A stretch of 64,000 bases of DNA, taken from Syncephalis fuscata S228. Taxonomy: Eukaryota > Fungi > Zoopagomycota. The notes under the pieces were generated by a model, which ran no database searches, was not told the origin of the DNA, and saw only the letters and a list, made by a program, of their open reading frames with translations. The translations under genes and the position numbers were made by a program. Within the stretch, counting starts at the first letter, position 1, and each line of letters starts with the position of its first letter. Location of the stretch: positions 186,001 to 250,000 of the forward strand of contig JAHLTZ010000019.1 in NCBI GenBank assembly GCA_025786725.1, given 5' to 3'. Positions 25,045-41,503 of the stretch are shown in pieces.

Positions 25045-25792
25045 ATGGATGATTTCTTTGACGATAATATGGAATTGTGATAACAAGTCCAAATAACACA
25101 GATTATTCTATAGATACGTCAACGACATCCTATTCAAATGATAGCAAAAACATATCCCATACTTTACTAGAAAAACATACTAGTGAAGATGCAAAATATA
25201 CAAAAGAGCCTAAAAATGACAATGATTACAAGTCTACACAAAATTATTACATTATCCACAAGATAATGTCAACAACTCAACACGTCCAATTCTGCCAGAA
25301 CATTTAAATACAAATCATTTAGTCCAATTGCCATGGTCACAGCCACATAGTTTTGCAATCACACCCGCACTAGCATCAGGTCTATTGGATTCATCAGTCT
25401 CGCTTACGCCATCGATTAACACAAATGGCATACCCGCCCCTTCATTGAACATCCAGCCTACTTTTATACATCACTCGAATGACTACTTTCCATTTACCGC
25501 TCTAAATAATTCAATTAGACTATGCGGCTCTAATGACTTATTAAATCCTGTACCGATACGACAAGATATGTATAAACGACGACGTCGACTAGCACCCGAA
25601 GAAAAGGAATGCTTAGTTGAATTATTTGAATCGGGAGAGACACGCCCCGACCAAGATAAGCGCGAACTACTATCCCGTCAACTGAAGATACCCGCTCGAT
25701 CAATTCAAGTATGGTTTCAAAACCGCCGAGCCAAGGTTAAACGAGAACAGCATCTGCTAGAGAAGGAAAGTCGCGATACATCACAAAATTAG
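25045..25792 (+). CDS. Homeodomain transcription factor
   Basis: KRRRRLAPEEKECLVELFE..RPDQDKRELLSRQLKIPARSIQVWFQNRRAKVKR homeodomain. ATG 25045 follows a probable UTR intron (24969-25043). Two apparent 1-nt deletions (~25076, ~25242) break the N-terminal frame. Confidence 0.85.
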
Positions 25793-26057
25793 CGGCTGTG
25801 TTTTAGTCAAAGCACGTTTGATCCACATGGTATCCATACTATTGTTAGAATAAGTAGCATGTGTTGATTAATATAAATAATATTGCTACTTATGGAACAC
25901 TATCTTTTGCAATATTGATTACATTCTAGCTATTATCGTATAAACTGTATCATTCTATATAATGTCAATAAAAACTTGAATACAATTAAATAATGATTAT
26001 GCTCACTGTAACCAATGTCATAATAATTGTAATAATAAGAACAGTGTCTAATGTTAT

Positions 26058-26648
26058 TTAATCAGTGCTAGCACAGCCACGACATCCACAGTGCACACAT
26101 TCAACTACTTTTCCTTCTTCCAGATTAGCGCGTGGTACACGACATACACAAGCGGTACCAAAGTTTGTATCGCGTGCTTGAATACATCGCAAACAGCATA
26201 GCTTCTCAAAACCAGGCTATAGAGATGGTGCAATACCATTAGCTGCTAATAAATAGACCATCGTAGAAGCCTACCTTTTTCCATTTAGCAATTAAATTTG
26301 TGTCGGCATAGCCTTGCTTAAGCAGATACTCGTAAAGTTCGCGTGAAATGGCCTTTCGCTTATAATATAATTCATAAACATATCGCGATCGCTGGTGATG
26401 AAGACGAAATACCGGCCAGACCGATTCCACCTTGCGTTTTCCTTCATGTGGCTCGTTTTCCACTGTAGCATAGAAACAATTAAAAGACTGATTAGAATTG
26501 AAGATTCGATTGAATCTGCGTTCTGTTTCTACATAGATGAATACTATTTACCATCACGCATCTTGCGTTGAAACTCTAACAGAGTCTCTTCAATATCATC
26601 GAAACCAGTTGGAGGCTTTTTTGCACGATTACGACGGACTTTGGGCAT
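26058..26648 (-). CDS. BUD31: Pre-mRNA splicing factor Bud31/G10
   Basis: [64 protein letters not shown] and [12 protein letters not shown]; 3 exons. Confidence 0.97.
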
Positions 26649-26844
26649 GATGAACAATGAAATGGCACTAGTAGAATAAAAAGAAAAGCTATTAATATGT
26701 TATTATGATTATTAACATGACTATTAACATTATTAACAACACTATTAACAGTTGTGTTTTCTTTTTCTTTTTTGACCAAGTGCAAATCAATCCACGATCC
26801 CTTTTACTTTTCGTTTCTTTTGCCTTCGTCGATAGTAAAGATTC

Positions 26845-26850
26845 ACGCGT
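26845..26850. promoter_or_regulatory. MCB-like ACGCGT element in BUD31/RVB1 divergent promoter
   Basis: Single exact ACGCGT about 80 nt upstream of the RVB1 ATG in a 280-bp head-to-head intergenic region. Could be chance. Confidence 0.25.
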
Positions 26851-26927
26851 GTTTATTTTTGGTAAGCAGATTCCTGTATTAGCTGTACAAGAATCAAGTT
26901 TAACTATCGCAATTTAGACATATTACG

Positions 26928-28625
<1,698 letters not shown>

Positions 28626-31582
28626 ACAATAAACGACTTGAACGTGAAACTATACTATAGCGCTATTTTAATCTTTTTAAACGATGTTAAAAACAATAAT
28701 AAAATAAAGCTGTACAAGTAAAACAGTCTAATTATAACGCAATCCTTGTGAATAACCTGATTGTCCTACTACATTGTCGGATACAATGCACAACCTAATT
28801 AGAGTAAACATATCTCGGTAAAATGATCCCAGTCATCATGTGATTTAAAACACGAACAATCGCAATAAACAGACTAATCAACCAATTCAAATACATTGCA
28901 CAATAAGAATTCAAATCACATTAGAGGCCTGACAGGTAATGTGTATTAGAAACCGGTAATAACATATCATTGGGTATTGGCAAGCTACCCCTTATTTTCC
29001 TCTTTTCGTGTTTGATAGGTGATGCCTGTGTGTTTTATATGTATCACCTGCCTGCTATTAAGGCCAATGAGTGTTTGTGCATTGAGCCAAGTGTGATGTA
29101 GCGTATGGCTACAGCCCTTCAACAACTGAAACCGCTATTTGTTTCTATTGGCACGTGCCGATAAAGAGAAAAGATACGGAGAGAGAAAGCAAATATGCAG
29201 AATGTCACCATAAACACTTTATTCCGTCGAAAGGAAGAAAGGAAGCAGCAGTTGCAAAAAGGTGCACCCTCATCTCAAACACCTTGTGTTATGCTACGTT
29301 TCTGTACTTCGCAAACCGCTAGATTGGTTTTTAAAATAGTGCAGCCCATAACTATTGAGCACCATGAATTGTGCGCATTTTGTTTTAACAACAATAGCAA
29401 ATAGATACCGCCTACCAAGTGGCTGACCACTAAGGGCTATTATCTTGCAATGGCTCGTGTTATTGTTATGTCATTGTCATTGTCATGTTCATTGTCATTG
29501 TTGCTATCTTCATGGTTGTCATTATTATCGTTAATCATCGTTTTCATCTTTATGGCCGCATCTAAGCGCGGTTCAATAAACAAAGAGTTACGCTATCATC
29601 GGCAATGATCGCGCCGACATCAACACGAGTAGCTTACGTCTAGAACAATTTACCAAAAGGCCTATATTCATGGTCGTCTACTGTTGTATTACACTACATG
29701 TTAGTAAATTAGACAAACAAATAGCGCGGGATAGGTCCCAGTTCATTAAAAAAACCCGGATGTTCATATTACTGTGCTGCCCAGAGAATGCCGATTAATG
29801 TTCTTTTTAAAATTATTTATTGATTAATACTAAATTAAATAAAGTATATTAACATTGATACGTATTAATACAATTGATACAATTCATATTACTAACTAAA
29901 AGCGCCATTGGCATATTATTGACAACCTATCAAATAAACAAATTGTATTTGCTGTCCATAGACGGCTAACATCGGATATGTCACAAGCTGTGACTGAAAC
30001 AAACTCATTTATCGATTGTCCGGATTCATGGAATGCTACACTCTAGTCATCCGATGCAACTCGTGCCAATATGTCGCCTTATGGTAAAGACAATGATGGC
30101 GTATTGCTTTGTTTTCCATCTCGTTCTTTTCTTTTTTACATTCTATATGAACTAAAATGGTCGCTGTTTTAGGCAATTATCGCATGGCTAATTTGCCTTT
30201 TGAGGCAGGAGGCATAAATTCAGGCATTCTTTGAGATATCTCCTGTTTCACCATAATTGACCCTTTGTACATAACGTGAGATACCGCTAAAGTTTCAAAA
30301 TCATCCTTGGTCCTTTTCTGGATCCGTATGGTGCGCACAAGCAAGCAAATGAGCTTCTCTGTTATGTCACACCTATACACATGTTCTTCTCCTTATCCTT
30401 GATGCCGGTCCAAGCAACATTGACGAATTGGTGGTGGCGGTGGTTCCGTGTCTGTACCCCATCTTGTCCATCGTATCAGTAATAGCAACCGCAACTCATC
30501 ATCACCATCCACCTGGCTGAACCTGTCGTGGTCTCATGTATCCCTTCAACATGGGCACTTACTTATTGTAGTCTCCTACTTCCAAATCTTGTGGGTGTTT
30601 TACTCCTTTGGATTCTCATACTTCCTATTCTTTCTAACATGTGGTGTTGGTTCAAGTGTTACAAGTCCGCTCGTTTCTGTTAAAAGCCCGGCGTTTGCCC
30701 TGTCAATCGCCATCCTATATTTTTTACATTTATCGAAAACGACTTGTCTTCCTTGCTTATTCTCGTTCCACAGCTGTCAATGCCCTTTACGTGCTATTAT
30801 TTCTAACTACACCTTTGCTGAGTGCAATTCAATATCGCGGTCATATACATTTACTGCATACGTACCTATACAAGAAGCACATTATACTGCAACCACTTTG
30901 AACATCGCCAATCATCGTGAGCTGCTTGATATTTCTTTTTCTTCTTTTTATTTCAAGTAAGACTGCGTGGACAGTCCATTTTTGCTATTTGCATCCAACT
31001 TTCGTGTAGTGGTTTATTCTACGCACCATACATTTAGAACTGCTACGTTTAACGCATTGCTTCTACGCGCGAATCACATCAACGAACACTACCACATACA
31101 GTACTGGTGGATTAACTTGCCGTCTACATACTTTTCAACACGCACATCTACAATTTCTTTTACAAAATTACATTCATTTCTATAGTTATAGACAGTGATT
31201 GTTTTACTTTCTCTCTCTCCGCTTTTCACTCTTTTATTGCAATTCATTCGTTTATGGTTTTTGACAATTGACCCTACCATTTACAACAACATTTATACAC
31301 TCGCTTCATATCAGTTCTGTGTTGGCTGGTCTATCACAGCTGAATCCGTTTTTACTACCTCTACCCTCTGCACTTTCACACCTCCATTATCTTTTAAATT
31401 CTGACGACATTTGATTTACTTTTTACTTTTATTTGGAGTTACAAGTTTGGCAACCGTTCTTTTATTTACACGTGCCAATTTCAATTCACTTATAGATTTA
31501 GACGTTTGGCTTATCCGATTAACGAAAGCCGCTCACTCACTCGCTCACTTGACACGTTTATACCACTACAAATATATTCAAC

Positions 31583-32958
31583 ATGGGTCAAATGGCAAAA
31601 TCAGTAGCCATTTATCGTTGTGACTATCCGGGTTGTGATCGTCGCTTTGCGGCCAGCGGTCATTTGGCGCGCCATCGCCGTGTTCATACCGGCGAACGTC
31701 GTTTCATCTGTCCTTATGAAGGCTGTGGCGGTCGCTTTAGCCGCAAGGACAATATGATGCAACACTACCGCACTCACTACGGTATTCGTGTTCGTCGGCC
31801 AAAAAAGACGGCCGAGGAAATGGCCGATGAAGACTACGACCGTGAGCTGGAACAACGCCGTAAGCAAATTGTCGATGCTATGGCCGTTGAAGCCACTGCT
31901 CGTATGAAGATTGTTGAGCAGCAACGCGAGTTGATGCATCACCAACAACATTCACGCTATCCTTCATACGATAGATCAGCAACTAGCAGTGTAGGACCAA
32001 GTCCAGCGCATGGATACGGCAAAGCTACCTTTGAACACCATCGTCGCTCTGCCTCCGACTCCATCTCAGTTACCCAACGACCATTCTCTATGCTTCGTTT
32101 CCGTGATCTTATTACAAAAGATTCCTATGAGACTCGTGATGGCCGAGTACAAAAGCGCGAACGTGATCTACAACAGCTTATTCCAATTCACTCGTCCATT
32201 GAACGCTGCGACACTTCCTCTTCGATTGAATCCGACTACTCGTCGGCTTTCTCTCGTGGCACAGCCGTTCATGGTCATGCCGGGGCCACTCCTGAGCAAA
32301 CACCTCAGCTATTGCCTTCATCAAGCCTATTCACTCGCCGTGACATGACTACACGCAGTGTATCACGCTCTCCTATCATGGCCCCTCGTCGATTCTCTCC
32401 TTACGAGTCATTCAGCGTTTCACCTCAAAACACACCTTTGATGCAACAACGCCACGACATCCACTCGGAGTATACATCGCCTGTTGCAAAGACCTCCGCC
32501 ACTAGCTATGCCTATGCTAACAAGTATGAGCATACAGTGCGATCCACTGTGCCGATTGCCGCTCCTTTGCCTCAGCGCCATCATCTTCAACAGCAACACC
32601 ATACTCGTAGCTTGCCCAGCCCAAGCAATAGTCCCACTTTATTGCACCGCTTGCCATTGCCACATCCCATGGGTATGATGCAACATCCAGCCATTTCAAC
32701 CGATGTTCTACCCGTGCATTCAAAGCGTCATATAATGTTCCTACCTCGACCAGACTCGGCCGATCCATTCTTCAATCACTCATCGACTACATCACACCCG
32801 TATCGCCCATTACCAGACCATCTTCCGTCGGCTCTCTATCCAACAATGAACGCATTACTTTGCCACCTCTTCGTCAGCTTACCCTTTCATCACCCTCTTC
32901 CTCCACTTCTACCACACCCATCACCGTACGCTTACCCTCGATGGCTCAAACACTTTGA
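31583..32958 (+). CDS. C2H2 zinc-finger transcription factor (two N-terminal fingers, Nrg1-like arrangement)
   Basis: YRCDYPGCDRRFAASGHLARHRRVHTGERRFICPYEGCGGRFSRKDNMMQHYRTH. End placed at TGA 32956-32958 after an apparent 1-nt deletion (~32839) that restores ERITLPPLRQL; the uncorrected ORF ends at 32968. Confidence 0.9.
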
Positions 32959-33365
32959 GTCCATTTGATGGTGTTGCTTCTATTGCTATTATAGCATTAT
33001 ACTTTACTTTATTCTCTTAGCGCGCGTCAATTTATTTTCTGTTTTCTTTTATGCCTTGAACGGTGTAGTTGAATGGTAACAAGTATAGCACACTTTATAG
33101 TGAATATCAATAGATATATGTTGGCACTATAGTTTGAATACTATACAGCCAACAGCCATTGTTATAAAGAATAGCTGCTATACCAATCCATTTGGCTATA
33201 TCTGCTGCAATTACGCTCGAGATAAAGCAGCTGCCACGTCCCTCTGTCTGCTTTTTAAACGATATGTTTATGTGCGCGTGCGTGCGCGCTTGTGTGTCAA
33301 TATAACATTTAAAAGTAATTATTTCCATTAGTGCATTTCTTTCTATCTTGTTAAGTAAATTTATC

Positions 33366-35417
33366 ATGGAACAACTTAGTGAAAAGGTTGCGGCTCAGTA
33401 CTATGACCAACTGCAATATCCTGTCGATCATAATATAGTATTAGATACTATTGAAGAAATGGATAAGCAGAAATACCGCGACGAACAAATAAACTGGGTG
33501 AGCGGCCACACTGGCTCTAACTACCTGGACATTATCAATGTTATTGCCGTCTCTGTGGTAATGCTGCTTGCTTTAGCGTGTTGCGTATAGTAATTATAAA
33601 CATGTCGCCTCTATTCTTGTTCTTGTTCTAGTCTTTCGTTTGGCTATGGCGCTGTCTACAGTTAACGAGCCAGCAACGTACTCTGCAATTCTCCTGGATA
33701 CAGTTTGCTATGGAATTCAGTCTTATTGTTATCCCGTCACTTATCAGTATAACCTACGCTGACTATGCACTTTTAATGAATCTAACTGCTCTAATGATTG
33801 GCACAACTGCTTATTTCTATGCGTAAGTAACTGGATATTATACTGCTAGTAGTAGTAGTAGTTTATTAATTGGTTATATAGACGTAGTCAGTTATCTGAA
33901 CCAGTAGCAAAACCAGTTAAAACGGTTACTTCGGGTGTTCAAATATCGCGTAAATCATGGCTTTCAATCTATCGGGCCTTACTTATGCTGCAGACTTGTG
34001 CGGCTATTCTAGCTGTTGACTTTCCAGTATTTCCACGACGATTTGCTAAAGTGGAAACATTTGGCGTTTCTCTTGTAGGTGAATAGGGTGTATTGATTAA
34101 TTAATTAACTAATTAGTATTAATATGTATATGATGAATATACTAATTAGATGGATCTTGGTGTCGGTGCTGTGGTATTCTCATCGGGTGTTGTAGCCGCA
34201 AGACCATTTCTATTGGATACAGCCAAAGCGCAGGCCAGTCTGTGGCATCGCTTGAAACAATCGATACACGATTCAATGGTTCTACTGCTTATTGGGTCAG
34301 CTCGATTACTCGCGGTTAAAGGCACCGAATATCAGGTATAGGCAATATAGAAATACACTAGAATAGTTGTATAAATACTCATTATCATCATTATTAGGAA
34401 CATGTTACGGAATACGGCGTCCATTGGAACTTTTTCTTTACATTGGGCTGTCTTCCTGTTCTAGTGGCAATCTTTCACGGCCTTACTCGATCACCAGGAC
34501 TTGTGGCCATTGCTATTGCTACAGGTAATGTAGAACAATAATATACACTATTCGTTTACTTATTAACAATATAGGTTATCAATTCGCATTAACTTATTGG
34601 GGAGGCGAAGAGTATATATTAAATGCTCCACGCGATAATCTTGTTAGTATGAATCGCGAAGGTTTATTTAGTATTGCTGGTAAGTAACCATAATGTAGCT
34701 TGATTGAATAATTATAAATAACATGTATACATATAAATGATTATATTAGGCTATCTTTCAATCTTTTTATTTGCTATGGATGTAGGACAACATGTACTAC
34801 CTGATGCTATCTCACCAGCAAGTGCCCGCAAAAGAGTAGTTCGTTTGTCACTGCAATCCCTTGGATTCTGGGCTGTATTGGCCGGTATAACAACAGGATG
34901 GGGTATTCAAGTATCACGTAGAATGGTAAGTAGTTACGAACATTAATAATATTAGTGTTACTAACTCGGCTTTAGACAAATCTACCTTATGTTCTTTGGA
35001 TAGTGGCATTCAGTCTTTCATTTATGGCTGTGCTGCATATAATGGAGCTGATTCTTGCACCCATTGAAAAGGTTAAACTTACAAAGTTAGCAACATCTGC
35101 CAAGATTGTAGAAATGAAACCAAATGAATATCAACGCTTGCTATGCCGACTTCAAACGCCATTTATCCTAGATGCCATCAACAATCATAGTATGAAGATA
35201 TTCTTACTGGTCAGTTTTATAACTTTTAATCTATCCATTATACTAACTAGTATATTTACATTTATCTATATTTATTTATACAATATAGGCCAATTTATCA
35301 ACTGGATTGGTCAACTTTTCAATGCGTACGTTATACGCTTCTTCTATAACCTCCATGGCCGTCCTATCTGCCTATCTACTATTCATTTGCCTAGCTGCTA
35401 CTAGTCTGGCCTATTAG
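33366..35417 (+). CDS. GWT1: GPI inositol acyltransferase PIG-W/Gwt1
   Basis: [24 protein letters not shown]|[32 protein letters not shown]|TNLPYVLW and ANLSTGLVN motifs; multi-exon. Confidence 0.96.
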
Positions 35418-36230
35418 TGGCATGCCAAGCAACTTGTAAATCAAACGATGGCATCATACGTTCTACGTAGAATCAATCGATCAATCCATTGAATCCACGT
35501 GAATAAAATAAAAGTAAAAATGAAAATACTTTCGGCACTCATGTTTCCGCCACTTCTCACGATACAATACACACTGTGCACACAATGACATTTTGAGATA
35601 AGATGAAACAACATCAGTTTGTGGGTGGGCACCTATTAAATTGCCGATATATTTACTTTTTTCTTTTGAACAAATCAAACACACGGGTCCATTAGTGAAT
35701 GTGTGAATAAATGATGCTAATTTGCCCAGGCTATAATATATAGCCAAGTGGGTTCGGTCATCTAAAATGTCTGTGATATAACCACACATAACTTGTCAAC
35801 AGCCATTGTTCATTGTTATTATTATGAATGTTATATTTATTAACATTTTATTATTGTTACTATAAGAATTTGCATCTTACACTTATTACTTACACACACA
35901 CACACACACACACGCACATAAACGCACTTGCACTCTTATACTTTCTACTTTAACCAAACCGACGCACACCCCTACTATTCGACCCTTGCATTCACCCGGT
36001 TTCTTCCGTGGACGGACCGCTTATCATTGCTCGTGCGTAGTAGTAATAGTAGTAGTTTTGTGGTGGCTCGTTCCGACTCTAGAGAGACGTGCCAGTGCAC
36101 TGTTGATTTTGGGAGGTGTAATAGTAACGCAGTAATTGCAGTGCTTAACTAAGCTTGATTGCGCCACTATTGGCAGCATTAGTGACTTGGTAGCTGCTAT
36201 TAAGCAACTACTGGCAAACAACGGCTAGAC

Positions 36231-38478
36231 ATGTCCGAATCAATAAGCGCTATGACGCCCCCGGCGGGTAATTTAGTACGTGCTACAGTCAAGATGGAGC
36301 ACCAACCTGCACATGCTGTATCTTCAATGGCCGCGTCAGCTTCGTCTTTTTCTTCCACTTCCACGCCCACAGCGTCTGGTGTCATTCCTTTATCTTTTCA
36401 CTCGCTATCGTCTACGCCTGGAAATCTACCGATTGCCTTTGTGCCTGCACCACTTCTATCGACTACGATTAACTCGGCTGGCAATTCATTAACCGGATCA
36501 CCTACGGCTTGTGCACGAACTGCCTCGATTGACCCAGGATTCGGTGGCTACTTAAAGGACCAATCATTGCTATACAATAGCCATAACGGTAATAATAGCT
36601 ATAATAGTAGTGCTGCTAGCAATAACGGTGGCACTGATACTTGCGCCTCGTTCCATCGACGGAAAAAAGCTTCGCGTGCCTGTCTTCATTGTCAAAAGGC
36701 ACACTTAACGTGCGACGATAGTAAGTCATAGCTGCCTTTGTGGTGCACGCCATTCATAGATATGACCGGCTAATGTTCATTTTCTGCCTTTGATTAGATC
36801 GACCTTGCCAGCGGTGTATTAAACGAGGTCTAACTGAAACGTGTGCAGACGGTTTAAGGAAACGTGCCAAATATCTACAGGAATCACAAGAAGGTAAGTA
36901 ATTTAAGCAGTTGTATGGCAGATACTTATATTTTGCTTATACCTAGAAGGAGCATCGTCACCCGAGAAAAGCACACCAGCAAGCTCAGCCAGCCAGATTG
37001 CTGATATCAATAATACGCCCACTGTCTCAACGTTTGATTATAGCGATTCGTTTTCTGCCGTTGCCGCCGCAGCAGCCGCAGCATTAGGCTCAGTAGCCAA
37101 TACGAATTCGAGCGAGGAGACATCACCAGCCCCAGGATTTGACTTTGGCAGTGAAACATTAAATCTGGAGTACGCCATTCTCAGTAGCATGCTGGCCAAT
37201 CCTGCATTGGCAGCGCTCAGCAATGCTACTACAAAAAACAATGCGTCTCCATCGTCATCATCACCACCAACAATGGCCGTGGATAATGCAAACATGTCAT
37301 CCATCTATGCTGGCCTACCCGATATGAGTATGATTGAGACATCGGCATGGTCCAACTCATCTGCTTTGGCCCAGTCAGCATCGGGAGTGGAGGGTGTACT
37401 GTCCAATAGTGTCACCTCACAGCTGGGCCAATCTGCTTTACTATCATCTACAGCAGCAGCGGCAGCCGCGGCACTTTTAGCACAAACGCAGCAATCTATC
37501 ACATTAAACGATGTCTCACTAGCACAGCCATTATCGCCATCCAATTATGCCAATCTCAATACGTATAGCAATAGTCAATCACATGCACAACAATTATCAC
37601 AGCAACAGCAACAACAACAACAACAGCAGCAGCAACAATATAATCTACTAAATGGCAGTAGAACAGCATTAAGTGCCTATGAACTGTACGCACAAGTACA
37701 AGAACCATATGACTACACGTCAGGATTCCATCATTTATTACAGCATTTGAAAGAGCGGTAAGTTTACTGATTTATTAAATACTATTAATGTCTAATCATC
37801 ATTCATTATTTTAGTATGAGTAAAGAAGATATGATGCGTGTATGTCGAGCGATGGCCTCAATTCGCCCATCTTTAATTGCACTTATTATGAATCTTACGC
37901 GTGAAGATCTAATTTTTATGGAAAAGTGTTTCCAACGTACATTATTGGTAATAGTCAAGTTATAACAATAATAATATGTGCTAATAATATAATATTATAG
38001 GAATTTGAAAAACTAATAAGCTATTCTGGCACACCAACTGTTGTATGGCGACGTACTGGTCTTATTTCATTTGTAGGCAAGGAATTTACCCTATTAACAC
38101 AATGGACACGCGACCAACTACTTGGCAAGCCCATGTATATTTATGAGGTAAGTGATATATGTGCTATAGCTGATTAGTGAATATTAATGTCATTGGCTGA
38201 TATCATTAGCTAATGGATGTTCGCTCGGCCGTAAACTACTGGGAAGAGTTTTGTATGCACGCTTTTGATAATGCACATCAATCTGTACAGACAACGTGTA
38301 CTCTACAGTCACCTGATGGTCGAAGTGTACCTTGCACTTTTTGCTTTACGATTAAACGAGATATATTTGACATACCATTGGCTATTGTAGGCAACGTAAG
38401 TATAATGGAAAACGAATACAACAGCTATCCTCTAATTTGTTATTATAACTATTATAGTTTTTGCCAATTCTTCGATAG
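36231..38478 (+). CDS. ERT1: Zn(II)2Cys6 transcription activator of gluconeogenesis, ERT1/AcuK/Rds2 family, with C-terminal PAS-like domain
   Basis: [19 protein letters not shown]|[58 protein letters not shown] and [15 protein letters not shown]|FLP. Confidence 0.92.
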
Positions 38479-39244
38479 TTCGGATTTTGCAACGAGCAAG
38501 CATTTAATATCTTTTATTTTCATTTACAATTATAAATTTAATAATTAATTTATTTATTTAATGAAAAATACTCACAATGATGATTATGCATACTGTATTA
38601 TTTATCATCATTACTACTAATAATAGTAATGGTAAAAACAACTGACCTCAATTTTGGTATAACAAATAGTAAAATGAAATCAAAATAGTCAAACAATTTT
38701 AAATAATAGTTTTAATCAGTGTAAATTGACCATCTGCGTTGTTGTAAAAGTGCATCATTGCTCATGTTTATGTATTAAATATTTAAAATAGCATATGACC
38801 CACATGATAGAGCAATGTGCAGTAGACAAGGCAAGTAAATGTCAAATATATCAGTGAATAGTCTATTTATCGTTGTTTTATACGAGAGGATACAGCGTAT
38901 CAATATTATATTGTTTAGATATGCGAGTAGCAATATTAATTGCACCATTTAGATTATCTTAACCACAAAGATACATTATTGCTGGTTTATACAGACTGAT
39001 CAGCCGATTTGTAGATAACAGTCAATAGACTAGCCACATAAATAAAATTGTTTTTATTGGCCAGAAACAAGAATAAAACACAAATTTCTCAGCTTGCTAT
39101 CTGCAAGTCACTAAGGTAGCACTAGGACTACAGCGTTGATACAAAGACATTTGTAGTTTCTTTGTCTGAATTAGATTTTAAACATGTGCATGTTTCGCAC
39201 TTCTCGTCTAGTTTCTATTTATCGCCTGCTTCGATTCTTCAGCT

Positions 39245-41360
39245 ATGCCTTCAGACTTATCAAGCTTAGTATTTTCAATGCTACCAAGCTGGGAAATGGG
39301 CGCAGCAGCTATTGTTGGCTATATAGCTTACAAGGTTGGCTATTATATGGATAATTAAATGGTATTATTCATTAATGATATAATATATTCTGTTAAATAG
39401 TTTATTAAAAATGAATACCAGACACCATTAGCCAAATTGCCTGGACCATGTTTTGCTGTAATCCATGAGTATATCCTCATTGCTCAACAAATTTATAAGA
39501 TGGAGCGGATAAAAGTCTATGAAATGCACGAGCGCTATGGACCGATTGTGCGCATAGGCAAGTAGAAGGTGTGGATTTTAATAACATCGTTAATGTATAT
39601 TATAGGCAAAGATACCATTTGGATATCCGATGCGGCAATGGTTCGCAAGGTTAACGGATCGTATCAATATACCAAAGGACATGAGTACGATCACTTTCGC
39701 TTTAAGCACGATACGCTATTTAGCACAAGGTAAATTAGTATGTAGACATTTTTAATTAATATTTATTTTTATGGCAATATAAAAAGAAATAACGAATATC
39801 ATCGTGTACAGGTAGCTATTACGATTTAAGAGCTTATTGAATAAATAATTGAATGAGTTATTAGAAACGACTGATGATGCCAGCATTTACACCAAATACA
39901 TTGAATGATCTTGAGCCATTGATTTATAAAGTTGGTATTGCACGTCTTGTCGCACGCCTTCAAGAATATGCCGATTCTGGCCACAGTGTCGATCTAATAG
40001 TATTGCTAAAGGATATGAATTTTGTATGTTATATTATTTATTACCACCTTTAATATTTATATAGTATTGCTACTCTGCGTAGGATATCATGGGTGAAATC
40101 GGGTTTGGCGAGGCATTTGGACTAGTTGAAGGAAAAGAAAGTCTTCCCATTGTACAATGGATGCAAAGTAAAATGCGATATGGCACCCTAGTAAGTCTAA
40201 ATAGCGACTTGTCGAAACGTATTAACACAATCAGCTTAGAGATATATTCTTGGTAAACTTTTCTTTCCAAGTATGCATCCCAAATTGGTTCAAGATAGTG
40301 AAGCGATGGATAATGTATGTAGTTATAAATAGTTATATAGCCATCATTGATATATCAGTAATTAATGGATATATATAGTATACGCTGAAAGTAATCAAAA
40401 AAAGAAGAGAGGCTCCAATAACTGGAAGACAGGATATTCTACAGCGGTTATTAGATTCATTTGATAAAGAGACTGGAGCAACACTATCGGATCAAAGCAT
40501 TAGGGCAGAGATCATTTCATTAATGTAAATACTATATACAATAATTATATGATAAATAACAACAACAATACTGATTATTATCTAGGATTGCTGGTACAGA
40601 TACTACAGCGCTAACACTAACATGGTAAGCTATTATATAAATGTTACAATTAAATTTAATTATTCGGTTTATTTATAGGACAATGCATTATTTACTCCAA
40701 CATCCTGAATGTTTTAACCGTTTGGCCAATGAAATTAGATCCGTGTATCCTAATCCTGACACACCGATGGTCTATAAAGATGTATTAGCGATGACTTATC
40801 TCGATGCTGTACTTCACGAATCAATGCGTATTCAACCAATTGCCATTCATGGTATGCCACGTATTATTCCTGATGGTGGCACGCATCTTGGTGATTATTT
40901 TATTCCAGGCGGAGTAAGCATTATTAATACATACATACATTTAGTAATAATATGTTTATTTATGTTTAGACAACAGTCATGGTATCCGTTGGTGCTATGC
41001 AGATGAATAAGGATGTGTTTCCAGAACCAGAACTATTCCGGCCAGATCGATGGATTGATTCATCGCCTGAACAACTTGCAAAGATGAAATTTAATTTTAC
41101 GCCTTTTTCAGTGGGGCCTCGTGCTTGCATTGGCCGCAGGTAAGCCATTCTTTTGTATTAATATTATTTATTTACTTATTCATTTATTATATTTACATGT
41201 ATTGAGTAGTCTGGCGTGGATGGAGTTACGGCTAACACTTGCCGGATTAGCGCGCCATTTTACCTTTGTGTCGTCTCCAGAAAATGATATGCGTCCTTTT
41301 TATCAAGGCCCAGCAAGTCCCAAAGGAGGCGTGTTTGTAGTGCAAGTTTCACGGGCCTAA
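39245..41360 (+). CDS. Cytochrome P450
   Basis: LAKLPGP, YGPIVRIG, I-helix IAGTDTT, ExxR (HESMR), RPDRW and heme loop PFSVGPRACIG. More than ten short introns, including one GC-AG intron and micro-exons. Confidence 0.95.
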
Positions 41361-41503
41361 ACTACACTCTATTATCTTATAATGTTAGCTTTTAATACTT
41401 ACATTTAAATCATTAGTGTGAATAAAATAGCTTTATTTAACATGGCAACATCTATAGTACGGATAAAAATAGTATATATTATATAAATGCGCTAGCTGCT
41501 TAT

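Noticed and set aside
25045-25330. Homeobox gene as a pseudogene
   Set aside because: Both breaks are single-base losses in T or A runs like those in RVB1 and GGT, and the homeodomain is intact.
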